Origin: Bryobacterales bacterium
Lineage (GTDB): Bacteria > Acidobacteriota > Terriglobia > Bryobacterales > UBA6623
NCBI GenBank assembly: GCA_963422375.2
Contig: OY729427.2
Coordinates: forward strand, 160,001-224,000
Direction of reading: 5' to 3'
Length of the DNA: 64,000 nucleotides
A program made the translations under genes and the position numbers. Within the stretch, counting starts at the first letter, position 1. The number at the start of each line of letters is the position of its first letter. Positions 1 through 10,238 of the stretch are shown here, piece after piece. Below the pieces are notes generated by a model. The model was not told the origin of the DNA and made no database searches. It saw nothing but the letters and a program-made list of their open reading frames with translations.

Positions 1-843
1 GCGTACACGAACACGATTTCGTGGCGCAGCCCCACCACGCCCAATCCGGTCGAGGACAACCCGCGCCGGCTCTTCGAACGCCTGTTCGGGGACGGCGACA
101 GCACGGACGCAGCCGAGCGCTTGGCGAAGCTGCGCGAGCAGCGAACCATCCTCGATTTCGTCCGTCGCGACCTGGCCCGCCTGAAGTCGGAGCTAGGTGC
201 CGAGGACCGCCGGAAGCTCGACGAATACGCCGAGTCGATTCGCGACCTCGAGCGGCGCATCGCCAAGGCGGAAGACCAGAGCGGGAAGGACTTGCCCGTA
301 GTCGAGCGCCCCGGCGGAGTGCCGGACAGCTTCACTGCGCACGCCAAGCTCATGATCGACTTGCAGGTGCTGGCGTTCCAAGCCGACCTCACCCGCGTGA
401 CCACGTTCATGATGGGCCGCGAGGGCACCTGGCGCAGCTATCCCGGCATCGGGGTGCCCGACGCCCACCACGCCGTTACGCACCACTCGCACGACAAGGC
501 GAAGATCGCCAAGGTGATCCTCATCAACAAGCACCACGTGGAGATGTTCGCGTACATGCTCGAGAAGATGCGGGGCACCGCGGACGGCGACGGCACCTTG
601 CTCGACCACTCGATGCTGGTCTACGGCAGCTCGATCTCGGACGGCAACCAGCACTTGCACCACGACCTGCCCATCGTGCTGGCGGGGGGCGGCGGGGGGC
701 GGCTCCGGGGCGGCAGGCATCTCAGGTATCCGCGCGAGACGCCGATGAACAACCTCCTGCTCAGCCTGCTCGATCTCGGCGGCGTTCCCACGGAGAGCCT
801 CGGCGACAGTACGGGGAGGCTCGAAGGCCTCACTCGCGCGTAG
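1..843 (+). CDS. DUF1552 (HXXSHH-type) domain protein, 5'-truncated by window edge
   Basis: Frame open from base 1 (AYTNTISWRSPTTPNP..LFERLFG); HHAVTHH motif; C-terminal GTLLDHSMLVYGSSISDGNQH..DLPIVLAGG. Confidence 0.85.
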   Translation, partial: AYTNTISWRSPTTPNPVEDNPRRLFERLFGDGDSTDAAERLAKLREQRTILDFVRRDLARLKSELGAEDRRKLDEYAESIRDLERRIAKAEDQSGKDLPVVERPGGVPDSFTAHAKLMIDLQVLAFQADLTRVTTFMMGREGTWRSYPGIGVPDAHHAVTHHSHDKAKIAKVILINKHHVEMFAYMLEKMRGTADGDGTLLDHSMLVYGSSISDGNQHLHHDLPIVLAGGGGGRLRGGRHLRYPRETPMNNLLLSLLDLGGVPTESLGDSTGRLEGLTRA

Positions 844-851
844 GGAATGAA

Positions 852-2213
852 GTGCGCGCCACGCCGGGAGCGCGGTATGTAGCTGTCCGCGCCGGACTCG
901 CCGCGACTCTGGCTTGGACGGCGCTCGCAGCCGTCGGCGCGGACCGGCGTCTGGTCGAAGCGGTCCGCAACCGCGACGGCGCTGCGGTCGCGACGCTGCT
1001 GGCCGACGGTGCCGATGCCCGCTCGGCCGTCGGCGCGACAGCCTTGGCTTGGGCCGTCCATCTCCAGGACCGGGAGACCGTGGAGCGCCTGCTGGCGGCG
1101 GGGGCCGACGCAAACGCCAGCGCCGACTACGGCGACACGCCGCTCCTGCTGGCTTGCGCCAACGGGGACGCCCCACTGGTCGCTGCGCTGCTGGCGGCGG
1201 GGGCCGAGGCGGGAGCGAAGCGCTGGAACGGCGAGACGGCGCTGATGCTCGCCGCGGCAACGGGTCTGGCCGACTCGGCCGGGATGCTTGCACGGATGGG
1301 GGCCGCACTGGACGCGACCGAATCGCAGCGCGGACAGACAGCCCTCATGTGGGCGGCCGACGCCGGGCACCCTGAAACGGTCGAGGCTTTGATCCGGGCG
1401 GGCGCGGACGTCAGCGTCTCCTCCGACAGGGGATTCACCGCCCTGGCGTTCGCCTCGAAACGCAACGACGTGCGGTCCATTCGGGTTCTGCTGGCGGCCG
1501 GAGCCGACCCGAACGCCGTTACAGCGGACGGCAGCGCGCCGACCGGCATCGCGGCGGCCTTCGGGCACACGGAAGCGCTCGATCTGCTGCTCGCGGGCGG
1601 CGGCCGCGCCTCGACAGCGGACCGCGAGGGGCGGACCCCGCTGTACCTAGCCGCCCGCGCCGGCGATTCCGAATCCGTCGCGCTGCTGCTCACGGGCGGG
1701 GCCGACCCCAATCTGCACACCGCCCCGGTGGAGGATCACGGATCGAACCGCGACCTGCGCCGCACGGACGGCGAGGACACGCCGCTGCTGGCGGCCACTC
1801 TGGGCGGCCACGTCGACGTGATGCGGCAGCTGGTCGCCGCCGGCGCGGATCCGAAGGCTCGCACTCAGGACGGCGCGACGCTCCTCATGCGGGCCGCGCG
1901 GAGCGGGAAGCTGCCGGTGGCGGAATACGCCTTCTCGCTCGACAGCGACGTGACCGCGCGGACGAGCATCGGGCGGACGGTGATGCATGCTTCCGTGATA
2001 CTGACCTCCTCCGTCTCGACGCCGGAGGAGATCTGCGAGCTGATCCGGTTCCTTGCGTCCAAGGGGGCCGACCCGGATCCGATCGACGCGGGCGGACGGA
2101 CGGCCATCTCGACAGCGGACGTCTGGCCGATCGAGCAGGCTTCGACGCTGCTCTACGAGCTGACCGTCGCCGACGGCCGGCGGCCGAAGATTCTGCCCGC
2201 GAGCCTGCGCTAG
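852..2213 (+). CDS. Ankyrin-repeat protein with probable signal peptide
   Basis: About 10 G-x-TAL/TPL..A..G...V..LL..GAD repeats; GTG start at 852 inferred, downstream of the DUF1552 stop. Confidence 0.85.
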   Translation: MRATPGARYVAVRAGLAATLAWTALAAVGADRRLVEAVRNRDGAAVATLLADGADARSAVGATALAWAVHLQDRETVERLLAAGADANASADYGDTPLLLACANGDAPLVAALLAAGAEAGAKRWNGETALMLAAATGLADSAGMLARMGAALDATESQRGQTALMWAADAGHPETVEALIRAGADVSVSSDRGFTALAFASKRNDVRSIRVLLAAGADPNAVTADGSAPTGIAAAFGHTEALDLLLAGGGRASTADREGRTPLYLAARAGDSESVALLLTGGADPNLHTAPVEDHGSNRDLRRTDGEDTPLLAATLGGHVDVMRQLVAAGADPKARTQDGATLLMRAARSGKLPVAEYAFSLDSDVTARTSIGRTVMHASVILTSSVSTPEEICELIRFLASKGADPDPIDAGGRTAISTADVWPIEQASTLLYELTVADGRRPKILPASLR

Positions 2214-2281
2214 CAGCGCCGGGATCCGCAGCGCCCGAAGCTTGCGAGCACGCCCGCGTTGGGGTACTCTGCTAGAAGACC

Positions 2282-2617
2282 ATGTTCTGCGGGACTTGCG
2301 GATTCGAGGTCGAAGAGGACGATTCCTACTGCCGGAAATGCGGCACCCCGGTCGGCCAAGCGCGACCGCGGGAAGCCGCGAAGGCTTGTGCCAAGGGACG
2401 CGACGGGCGCATGATCGCCGGAGTGTGCGTCGGCTGCGCCCGTTACTTCGGCAAGGACGTCACCATCGTCCGGGCCGTGTGGACCCTCGCCGCCATCACC
2501 CCCCCTATTTTCCCGGGCGTCGTGGCGTACGTGATCGGATGGCTCCTCATGCCCGGGCCCGCCGCGATGCCGAGCGGCGAGCGCCCGGCCGCCAGCGGCG
2601 CCGTGGCGTCCGAATAG
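2282..2617 (+). CDS. PspC-domain membrane protein with N-terminal zinc ribbon
   Basis: CxxCG..YCxxCG ribbon followed by MIAGVCVGCARYFGKDVTIVR and a TM helix. Confidence 0.8.
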   Translation: MFCGTCGFEVEEDDSYCRKCGTPVGQARPREAAKACAKGRDGRMIAGVCVGCARYFGKDVTIVRAVWTLAAITPPIFPGVVAYVIGWLLMPGPAAMPSGERPAASGAVASE

Positions 2618-2626
2618 TCGAGCGCC

Positions 2627-3685
2627 GTGATTGAGACGCTCGCCTACGCCCGCGCGGGCGTGCTGGGCAATCCCTCCGACGGGTACTTCGGCAAGACCAT
2701 CGCGCTGACGCTGCGCAATTTCCGCTCGCGCACCCTGCTCTACCCCAGCGCGCGGCTCGAGATCCGGCCCTCGGCGGCCGACATCCCGATCTGGGAGAAC
2801 CTGCAGGAACTCAGGGCGCACACCCGCTGGCGGGGCTACTACGGCGGGATCCGCATCATCCGGGCGCTGTTGATGCGCTTCAGCGACCACTGCGCCGACA
2901 ACGGAATCCGCCTGCACGACCGCAATTTCACGATCGAGTACGAGTCGAACATCCCCTTGCGCCTCGGCATGGGCGGATCGTCCGCGATCATCACCTCCGC
3001 TCTGCGGGCCCTCATGCAGTTTTACGAGGTCGAAATCCCCCTGCCGCTCCAAGCGAACCTAGTGCTCGAAACCGAGACGAGGGAGCTGGGCGTGGCCGCG
3101 GGCCTGCAAGACCGGGTCGCGCAAGTCTACGAGGGACTCGTCTACATGGACTTCGACCGAACGTTGATGGAGTCGCGGGGCTATGGGGCGTACGAGTCGC
3201 TCGACACCGCCCTCCTGCCCAACCTCTACGTGGCCTACCGCACGAGCCTGAGCGAAGGCACGGAAGTCTTCCACAACGACCTGAGACGGCGCTTCGACGG
3301 AGGGGATCCGGCCGTGACCGCCTCGATGTCGCAGTGGGCCGCCATGGCCGAGGACGGCAGGCAGGCGCTGCTGGCTGGCGACTCGGAACGCTTCGGCCGC
3401 CTCGTGGACGCGAACTTCGACCTGCGCGCGTCTATCTGCAGGATCAGCCCCGAGAACCTTCGAATGGTGCGGGTCGCGCGCGAGGCGGGCGCCACCGCGA
3501 AGTTCGCCGGCTCGGGCGGAGCCATCATAGGAACGTACGGCGACGAAGCCCGCTTCGGCAACCTGCGCGAGGCGCTGGCTCGGACCGGCGTCCGCGTGAT
3601 CCGGCCCGCCCTCGCCGTGCCGCCAGCCGTCGGGCCCGGCGCTCAGGCCGGCAGGCCCGGCATGGTCCCGGCCGTGCGGGTCTGA
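2627..3685 (+). CDS. GHMP-family sugar kinase (glucuronokinase-like)
   Basis: ARAGVLGNPSDGYFGK, IPLRLGMGGSSA, GLQDRVAQVY and KFAGSGGA motifs. Confidence 0.85.
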   Translation: MIETLAYARAGVLGNPSDGYFGKTIALTLRNFRSRTLLYPSARLEIRPSAADIPIWENLQELRAHTRWRGYYGGIRIIRALLMRFSDHCADNGIRLHDRNFTIEYESNIPLRLGMGGSSAIITSALRALMQFYEVEIPLPLQANLVLETETRELGVAAGLQDRVAQVYEGLVYMDFDRTLMESRGYGAYESLDTALLPNLYVAYRTSLSEGTEVFHNDLRRRFDGGDPAVTASMSQWAAMAEDGRQALLAGDSERFGRLVDANFDLRASICRISPENLRMVRVAREAGATAKFAGSGGAIIGTYGDEARFGNLREALARTGVRVIRPALAVPPAVGPGAQAGRPGMVPAVRV

Positions 3686-4602
3686 ACCCGGCAGAGGTAG
3701 TCGTCGGCGCACAGGTACAGCGTCGACCCGTCCCCGCCCCAGCAGAGGTTGGCGACCCGCGTGCCCGTCACGATGCGCCCGAGAAGGGTCCCGTCCGGGC
3801 GGAGCGCCCACACCCCGCCGGGGCCGGTGGAGAAGATGTTGCCGGCGCGGTCGACCTTGATGCCGTCGGGCAGGCCGGGCGCCTCCGCGACGCGTTCCGC
3901 GAGGTCGACTACCGCGCTGCCCGCACCGAGGGTGCCGTCCCCTAGCACCGGGTAGCGCATGACGACCGGGCGGCGCGGGTTCGACTGCGTCACGTAGAGA
4001 TGCCGCTCCTGCGGGTCGAAGGCGACGCCGTTGGGATTCTCCAGTTCCTCGCACACCAGCACGGCCTCGCGCGTCCCGGCGCGGACGAGGTAGACCCCGC
4101 AGAAGTCCAGCTCCCGAGTGGGGTCCGCGTAGCGCCGGTGCAGGCCGTAGGCGGGATCCGTGAAGTACAGGTCACCGCGCGCGTTGAGGACGAGATCGTT
4201 GGGGGAGTTCAGGCGCTTGCCGCGGTAGGAGTCGACGACGGTGACCTTGCCGCCTCCGCGCTCCAGCCGCGAGACGCGCCGGTCGCCGTGCTCGCAGGCC
4301 CACAGGCGGCCCTCCCCGTCGAGAGTCAGGCCGTTCGAGCCCGGCTCCTTGCCGTAGTAGGCGACGCCGGTGTAGCCCGACGGCTGCATCCAGATGCTCG
4401 CGCCGTCCCGCTCGCTCCAGCGCAGGATCGCGTTGCGCGGGATGTCCGAGAACAGCAAGTAGCCGCCTCGCGCCTCCCACACGGGCCCTTCAGGCCAGGC
4501 GAAGCCCACGTCCAGAACTTCGATGCGCGCCTCCGGCGCGATGAGTTCGTCGAGCCGGGCATCGAATCGCTCGATTCGCCCGAGTGCCTCGAATTCGTGC
4601 AT
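3643..4602 (-). CDS. SMP-30/gluconolactonase/LRE family protein
   Basis: WPEGPVW, GSNGL, NSPNDL, YFTDP, PNGVAF and PDGIKVD motifs; ATG at 4602. Confidence 0.9.
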   Translation of the reverse strand: MHEFEALGRIERFDARLDELIAPEARIEVLDVGFAWPEGPVWEARGGYLLFSDIPRNAILRWSERDGASIWMQPSGYTGVAYYGKEPGSNGLTLDGEGRLWACEHGDRRVSRLERGGGKVTVVDSYRGKRLNSPNDLVLNARGDLYFTDPAYGLHRRYADPTRELDFCGVYLVRAGTREAVLVCEELENPNGVAFDPQERHLYVTQSNPRRPVVMRYPVLGDGTLGAGSAVVDLAERVAEAPGLPDGIKVDRAGNIFSTGPGGVWALRPDGTLLGRIVTGTRVANLCWGGDGSTLYLCADDYLCRVQTRTAGTMPGLPA

Positions 4603-4746
4603 GAACCGACATTCTATCCCGCGGCGGGCAGTCCCGAGCTTCCGCGCGGGGCAACGGGCAGCCGGGCGACCGAGCCGCGACCGCCAACCTCGAAGGGGCC
4701 GGCTGCGACGTGCGGCCCGCCCAGCGGACGCGCCCCGGAGGCGAGG

Positions 4747-4775
4747 TTGCATTCCCGGGCCGGGCTCGCTACAAT
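4747..4775 (+). promoter_or_regulatory. sigma70-type promoter of the rimP-nusA-infB operon
   Basis: TTGCAT (4747-4752), 17-nt spacer, TACAAT (4770-4775), 70 nt upstream of the rimP ATG. Confidence 0.7.
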
Positions 4776-4804
4776 GGAATCGGTCGCAGTTTCGGCCCTA
4801 TCCG

Positions 4805-4830
4805 AAAGTGGGCTCGCGCCCACTTTTTTT
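4805..4830 (+). terminator. rimP-leader intrinsic terminator/attenuator hairpin
   Basis: AAAGTGGGC-tcgc-GCCCACTTT followed by a T run, between promoter and rimP start; fits the described rimP-leader attenuator. Confidence 0.75.
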
Positions 4831-4844
4831 GTGATCGCGTCGCG

Positions 4845-5315
4845 ATGCAGTTCGAGAAGCAGGCAATGATCGAGCGAGTCTGCGCCGTGGCGGGTCGGAT
4901 CGTCGCGTCCGAGGGCCTCGAGCTCGTCGAAGCCGAGTGGAAGGGCACCTCGCGCCGGGGCACCCTGCGAGTCTTCATCGACAAGCCGTCCGGAATCACC
5001 CATGCCGACTGCGAGCGCGTCTCGCACCAGCTCTCCGCGGCGCTGGACGTGGAGGACCCGATCCCCGACGCCTACAACCTCGAAGTGTCGTCACCGGGCC
5101 TGGACCGCAAGCTGGCGAAGCCCGCGGACTTCCGCCGATTCGCCGGACGCAAGGCGAGGCTGCGCAGGAGGGAGCCCCTGCACGGCACGCACCAGTTGAC
5201 CGGCAGCATCGAGGGATGCTCCGCCGACGCCGTGCTCGTGCGCGGATCCGGCGGGGAGACGCTGGAAGTCCCGTTCGACGAGATCGAGTCGGCCCGGCTG
5301 GTCGCCGAGGTCTAG
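4845..5315 (+). CDS. rimP: Ribosome maturation factor RimP
   Basis: LRVFIDKPSGITHADCERVS, YNLEVSSPGLDR; upstream of nusA. Confidence 0.95.
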   Translation: MQFEKQAMIERVCAVAGRIVASEGLELVEAEWKGTSRRGTLRVFIDKPSGITHADCERVSHQLSAALDVEDPIPDAYNLEVSSPGLDRKLAKPADFRRFAGRKARLRRREPLHGTHQLTGSIEGCSADAVLVRGSGGETLEVPFDEIESARLVAEV

Positions 5316-5347
5316 GACTGCCGGAGAGGCCGGAGGTACAAGGGCGC

Positions 5348-6994
5348 ATGGCGCAGGGAATCTTCCAGGAAATCGAGCTGCTCAGCCAGCACAAGGGGAT
5401 CGACCTCGAGATCCTCCTGGAGGCGGTCAAGGACGCCATGGTGGCGGCCGTGCGCAAGCACTACAAGACCGAGGAGGACCTCGTCGCCGAGTTCAATTCC
5501 AAGAGCGGCGCGATCGAGGTCTTCGCCATCAGGACGGTGACCGGCCTAGTCGCGAACCCCTCGCAGGAAGTGAGCCTCGCGCAGGCGCGCAGGATCGATC
5601 CCAAGGCGCGCGTGGGGTCGGTGATCCGGGCCAAGAAGTCGACTGCCGGCATGGGGCACATCGCCGCCCAGATGGCGAAGCAGGTCATCTTCCAGAAGAT
5701 CCGCGAGGCCGAGCGCGAGACAATCTGCGCCGAGTTCGAGGACCTCGTCTACACGATGGACTACTGCACGGTCAAGCGCATCGAGGGCCAGGATCTGATC
5801 GTCGAGATCGGGCGCACCGAAGCGCGCATCCCGCGGCGCGAGCAGTCCCGGCTGGAGAGCTACATGCCCGGCGACCGCGTGCGGGTCGTGATCAAGGCTC
5901 TCGAGAGGTCCGGGCGCGGGCCAGCGGTCATCGCCTCGCGGGCAAGCGAGGAGCTGGTCAAGCGCCTGTTCGAGCAGGAAGTGCCCGAGATTTACGACAA
6001 GACGGTCGAGATCAAGGCCTGCGCCCGCGAAGCGGGCGAGCGCACCAAGATCGCCGTCCAGTCGCGGGACCGCGACGTAGACGCGGTCGGTGCATGCGTC
6101 GGCATGAAGGGGATGCGCGTGCAGACGATCATCCGCGAGCTGCGCGGTGAAAAGATCGACATCATCGAGTACATCGAGAATCCTTTGGACATGGTCCGCT
6201 GGGCGCTCAGCCCGGCCAAGGTCAGCCGCGTCAACGTGCTCGACCCCGACCTGCGCCATATGGAAGTCGTCGTCGACGAGTCGCAGCTTTCGCTGGCGAT
6301 CGGCAAGAAAGGCCAGAACGTGCGCCTCGCGGCGAAGCTGCTGAGCTGGCGCATCGACATCAAGAGCGAGGAGGAAAAGCGCGCTGAAGTCGAGAAGGCT
6401 TTCGCCGCGATCAGCGGCGGCGGCACGCCCGTCACCATGCTTCTCGACTACGGCCTGAGCGGGGGGCTGGTGGAACGCCTGATCCAGTCCAAGGTCGCCA
6501 CAGTCGAGGCGCTCGCGGACATGACTCCCGAGCAGATCATGGAGATCCCGGGTGTCGGCCCGGAGCTGGTCGAGCGCATCCACATCGCCGTGAGCCGGTG
6601 CTACTCGCACCTGGCCCGGACGGTGGGAGTCGTGCAGCCCTCCGACGACGAGGAGCCTGACGCGGAGGGCCCGGAGGGCCCGCAGGACGACGACACCGCC
6701 AAGTCGGCCCAGGCCGCCGCCGTGCTGCCCGGCGAGCCGACGTCCGCCTCCGCGGACGACGCCGAGGACGAAGAGATCGACTTCGACGTAGAGGAGCTCG
6801 AACGCTTTGGTAAGATGAATCGTTACAGGGGGCCGGGCCCGGAAAACGGGCGCCCGCTAGCTGGACAGGACGAAGCTCGACCCGTAGCGGCAGGAGCCGC
6901 CGAACCGGCGGGGACCGGTTCGGCCGGTGCCACGGCGGAGCCGAGCGCGTCCCTGGTGGCAGGGTCCGAGGAGAAGAACGATTCGCATCAATGA
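5348..6994 (+). CDS. nusA: Transcription termination/antitermination factor NusA with acidic low-complexity C-tail
   Basis: AKQVIFQKIREAER, AREAGERTKIAV, GACVGMKG, LSLAIGKKGQNVRLA. Confidence 0.97.
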   Translation: MAQGIFQEIELLSQHKGIDLEILLEAVKDAMVAAVRKHYKTEEDLVAEFNSKSGAIEVFAIRTVTGLVANPSQEVSLAQARRIDPKARVGSVIRAKKSTAGMGHIAAQMAKQVIFQKIREAERETICAEFEDLVYTMDYCTVKRIEGQDLIVEIGRTEARIPRREQSRLESYMPGDRVRVVIKALERSGRGPAVIASRASEELVKRLFEQEVPEIYDKTVEIKACAREAGERTKIAVQSRDRDVDAVGACVGMKGMRVQTIIRELRGEKIDIIEYIENPLDMVRWALSPAKVSRVNVLDPDLRHMEVVVDESQLSLAIGKKGQNVRLAAKLLSWRIDIKSEEEKRAEVEKAFAAISGGGTPVTMLLDYGLSGGLVERLIQSKVATVEALADMTPEQIMEIPGVGPELVERIHIAVSRCYSHLARTVGVVQPSDDEEPDAEGPEGPQDDDTAKSAQAAAVLPGEPTSASADDAEDEEIDFDVEELERFGKMNRYRGPGPENGRPLAGQDEARPVAAGAAEPAGTGSAGATAEPSASLVAGSEEKNDSHQ

Positions 6995-9900
6995 GCTAGC
7001 CCGGGAGTTGGAGGTCAAGTCCAAGGAGATTCTCGCAGTACTTCCAGACTTCGACATCGACAACCCGAAGTCGCATTCCAGCTCGCTGGACGAGGCTACG
7101 GCCGACAAGGTTCGCGAAAAGATCCGCGAGAAGAAGAGCAAGGACCGGCAGCCGGTCGTCGAACTGGAACTGCCCCTGCCCAAGCGACCTCGCTCCGCGA
7201 TCAATCGGCCTGTCCCTCGGCACCCGCGCCCCCGGGCGACACCGGCTCTCCCGTCGATCCGGAGCGCCGGCGGCGGCGGACGCTTGCGCCCCCCTATGTC
7301 GCCTCTGCGCCCGCCCATGCCAGGACGCAAGCCGTCGCTGGCGGCCCCGGCCAGTCCGCCCAAGATTCCCGGTCTGACGGCTTCCGCGCCCGCGATCCCG
7401 CGGCCCGTCCTTCCGTCCGTGCCGCCTCCGCGGCCGGCACCCGCGCCCCCCGCTCGGCCGACCGCTCCCGCGGCGCCTAGCTCGAGCGCGCCAAGTCTCC
7501 GGCCCCGGAGGAGTCCGCCCGAGCGCCCGAGCGCCGCTCCCGCCCCAGAGATCACGGCACCTGCGGCGAGCCCGTCGGCGACACTTCCCCCTCCGCCGTT
7601 CGCTGGCGCCCCCGCACCGGCTTCCCATCCGCCACCCCCGGCACCGGCGGCCGATCGAGGGAGGGCGGAGAAACCCAAGCCGCCACCGCCACCGGCCCCG
7701 CGCACGCGACCGCCGGAGGTCGCGCGTGTGCCGCCCCAGTCCCCCGGCCCAGCTGCGCGGGGCATCGGGCCAGGACCGGCGATTCCGGCCCGCCGACCGG
7801 CACCAGCCCGGGCGGCGAAGCCTCCGGCGGAAGCCCGCCCGGCTCCCGGGCAGGCCCGGCAACCCGTTCTTCCGCCCCCCAGGGAGAGGCTGATCCAGCA
7901 GGCCCGCCCCCCAGCCGCGCCCCTTCGCCCAATGCCCCCGGCCCCCCCGACGCTGCGCAGAGTCGGCCCGGCCCGGCCCAACGTCATTCCAGGGGCACCG
8001 CAACCGCAGTACCCGCCGAGGAAGGCCGTCCGGCCCGCGATACCCGTCCGGCCGACCCGGCCTCCCGGGCTCGGCAGGCCTCGGGGACCAGCCGGGGCGT
8101 CCATGCTGCCGGGACGCGGCGCGCCGTCCGCGCCGACCCGTTCCACCGTGCTGATCCCGGGACGCCCGATCATGGAGCGGCGGGTCACCGCGCCGCGCAT
8201 TCCGGGCATCCCGACCGCGCCTCCCGGCCCGCCCGCGGGCTACGGGCCCCGTAGCGGGCCGGGCCTGCGCCCCGGAATGCCCGGGCGTCCGCCCGGAGCG
8301 GGGCCCGGGCGTCCCGGCGGGCCCGGGCGTCCCGGCGGGCCCGGGCGTCCCGGCGGGCCGGGCCACCGACGCCCACGCCCGCCGCAACAGCGCAGGCGGG
8401 ATCTGGAAGCGCTCGCGGAGAACAGGCTCCAGCAGCGCAAGCGCAAGGCCGAGGTGCCGAAGGCCCCGAACGACGAGATCTTCGCTTCCGACGGCACGAC
8501 AGTCAAGGAACTAGCCGAGCGGCTAGGCATCAAGGCCAACCAGATCATCAAGACCTTGGTCGAGGAGGGCCAGTTCGCCAACATCAACCAGCCCCTCGAA
8601 CTCGAGACCATCAAGAAGCTCGCCTCCCGCTTCGGCGCCAGCGCCACCGAGCTAACCTTCGAGGAAGAGGTCATTCTCGACGTCGAGCAGGATGAGACAC
8701 TCGAGGACATCGAGGTCCGGCCGCCCGTGGTCACCATCATGGGCCACGTGGACCACGGCAAGACATCTTTGCTCGACGCGGTCCGCACGACCAACGTGGC
8801 CGCTCGCGAGGCCGGAGGCATCACCCAGGCGATCGGCGCCTACCACGTCGTGCAGGACGGCAAGCGCATCGTCTTCATCGACACGCCGGGCCACGAGGCG
8901 TTCACCAAGATGCGCGCTCACGGGGCCGCGGTAACCGACATCGTCGTGCTCGTCGTCGCCGCCGACGACGGCGTGATGCCTCAGACGCTCGAGGCCATCG
9001 ACCACGCCAAGGCCGCCAGCGTCCCGATCATCGTGGCCGTGAATAAGATGGACCTGCCCAAGGCCGAACCGGAGCGCGTCAAGCAGCAGCTCACCGACCG
9101 CGGTCTCGTCCCGGACGATTGGGGCGGCGACACGATCTTCTGCCCCGTCTCTGCCAAGACCCACGAAGGGATCGACGGCCTGCTCGAGACGATCAACTTG
9201 GTCGCGGAAATGCGCGAGCTCAAGGCCAACCCGGCCCGGTCCGCCATCGGCGTCGTGCTCGAAGCCAAGCTCGACCGCGGCATGGGACCGGTGGCCACCG
9301 TGCTCACGCAGAACGGCACCCTGCGTGTCGGCGACACCTTCGTGGTGGGGTCGGTCCTCGGACGCGTGCGCGCCATGATGGACGACCGCGGCAACAAGGT
9401 CAAGGAGACCGGGCCGTCCTCGGCGGTGGTAGTGCTCGGAATGGGCTCCCTGGCCGATCCCGGCGACCAGCTTTCCGTGATCGCCGACACGGAGCGGGCC
9501 AAGAAGATTGTGGAGTACCGCGAGGAAAAGGCGCGCGAGCAGGCGATGTCCCAAACCGCGCGCCTGTCGCTCGAGCAGTTCCAGGAGCAGCTCGCGGCGG
9601 GGCGGTGCAAGGAACTGGCGATCATTCTCAAGGCGGACAACCAAGGTTCCGCGACCGTGCTGCAGGACACCCTCGCGAAGCTGACAAGCGAAAAGGTCAA
9701 GGTCCGCGTCATACATTCCGGGGTCGGCGCGATCAAGGAGTCCGACGTTCTCCTCGCAATCACCGCCTCGGCAGTCGTGGTGGGGTTCAACGTGCGACCG
9801 GAGCGCTCGGCGGCGACGCTGGCCGAGAAGGAAGGCATCGACGTCCGCTTGCACACCGTCATATACGAACTCGTGGACGAGCTGAAGATGGCGCTGGCCG

Positions 9901-10238
9901 GCCTGCTCGAACCGATCCGCAAGGAGGAGTTCCTCGGACGTGCCAAGGTGCTGGAAGTCTTCAACATCACGAACGTCGGGACCGTCGCAGGCTGCCAGCT
10001 GGACGAGGGGATCGCGACCAGCGGCGCTTCGGCGAGGCTGCTTCGCGACAACGTGGTGGTTCACACCGGCCGGATCGATTCGCTGCGCAGGTTCAAGGAC
10101 GACGTCAGGGAAGTTCGCGCCGGGCAGGAATGCGGCATGCATTTCGAGCGCTACAGCGACATCAAGAAGGGTGACGAGATCGAGCTCTTCAAGACTATCG
10201 AGATTGCGCAGGACATCAACGAGCTGATTCCCGTCTGA
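6927..10238 (+). CDS. infB: Translation initiation factor IF-2 (start uncertain: GTG 6927 or non-canonical near 6978-6981)
   Basis: N-terminal IRINELARELEVKSK; G-domain RPPVVTIMGHVDHGKTSLLD, DTPGHEAF, NKMD; C-terminal SLRRFKDDVREV. Confidence 0.97.
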   Translation: MPRRSRARPWWQGPRRRTIRINELARELEVKSKEILAVLPDFDIDNPKSHSSSLDEATADKVREKIREKKSKDRQPVVELELPLPKRPRSAINRPVPRHPRPRATPALPSIRSAGGGGRLRPPMSPLRPPMPGRKPSLAAPASPPKIPGLTASAPAIPRPVLPSVPPPRPAPAPPARPTAPAAPSSSAPSLRPRRSPPERPSAAPAPEITAPAASPSATLPPPPFAGAPAPASHPPPPAPAADRGRAEKPKPPPPPAPRTRPPEVARVPPQSPGPAARGIGPGPAIPARRPAPARAAKPPAEARPAPGQARQPVLPPPRERLIQQARPPAAPLRPMPPAPPTLRRVGPARPNVIPGAPQPQYPPRKAVRPAIPVRPTRPPGLGRPRGPAGASMLPGRGAPSAPTRSTVLIPGRPIMERRVTAPRIPGIPTAPPGPPAGYGPRSGPGLRPGMPGRPPGAGPGRPGGPGRPGGPGRPGGPGHRRPRPPQQRRRDLEALAENRLQQRKRKAEVPKAPNDEIFASDGTTVKELAERLGIKANQIIKTLVEEGQFANINQPLELETIKKLASRFGASATELTFEEEVILDVEQDETLEDIEVRPPVVTIMGHVDHGKTSLLDAVRTTNVAAREAGGITQAIGAYHVVQDGKRIVFIDTPGHEAFTKMRAHGAAVTDIVVLVVAADDGVMPQTLEAIDHAKAASVPIIVAVNKMDLPKAEPERVKQQLTDRGLVPDDWGGDTIFCPVSAKTHEGIDGLLETINLVAEMRELKANPARSAIGVVLEAKLDRGMGPVATVLTQNGTLRVGDTFVVGSVLGRVRAMMDDRGNKVKETGPSSAVVVLGMGSLADPGDQLSVIADTERAKKIVEYREEKAREQAMSQTARLSLEQFQEQLAAGRCKELAIILKADNQGSATVLQDTLAKLTSEKVKVRVIHSGVGAIKESDVLLAITASAVVVGFNVRPERSAATLAEKEGIDVRLHTVIYELVDELKMALAGLLEPIRKEEFLGRAKVLEVFNITNVGTVAGCQLDEGIATSGASARLLRDNVVVHTGRIDSLRRFKDDVREVRAGQECGMHFERYSDIKKGDEIELFKTIEIAQDINELIPV
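8301..8354 (+). repeat. 3 x 18-bp perfect tandem repeat in infB linker (GPGRPG)
   Basis: gggcccgggcgtcccggc x3. Confidence 0.9.

Noticed and set aside
8301..8354. 18-bp repeat as a phase-variation or mobile repeat
   Set aside because: It is an in-frame coding repeat within the IF2 low-complexity linker.
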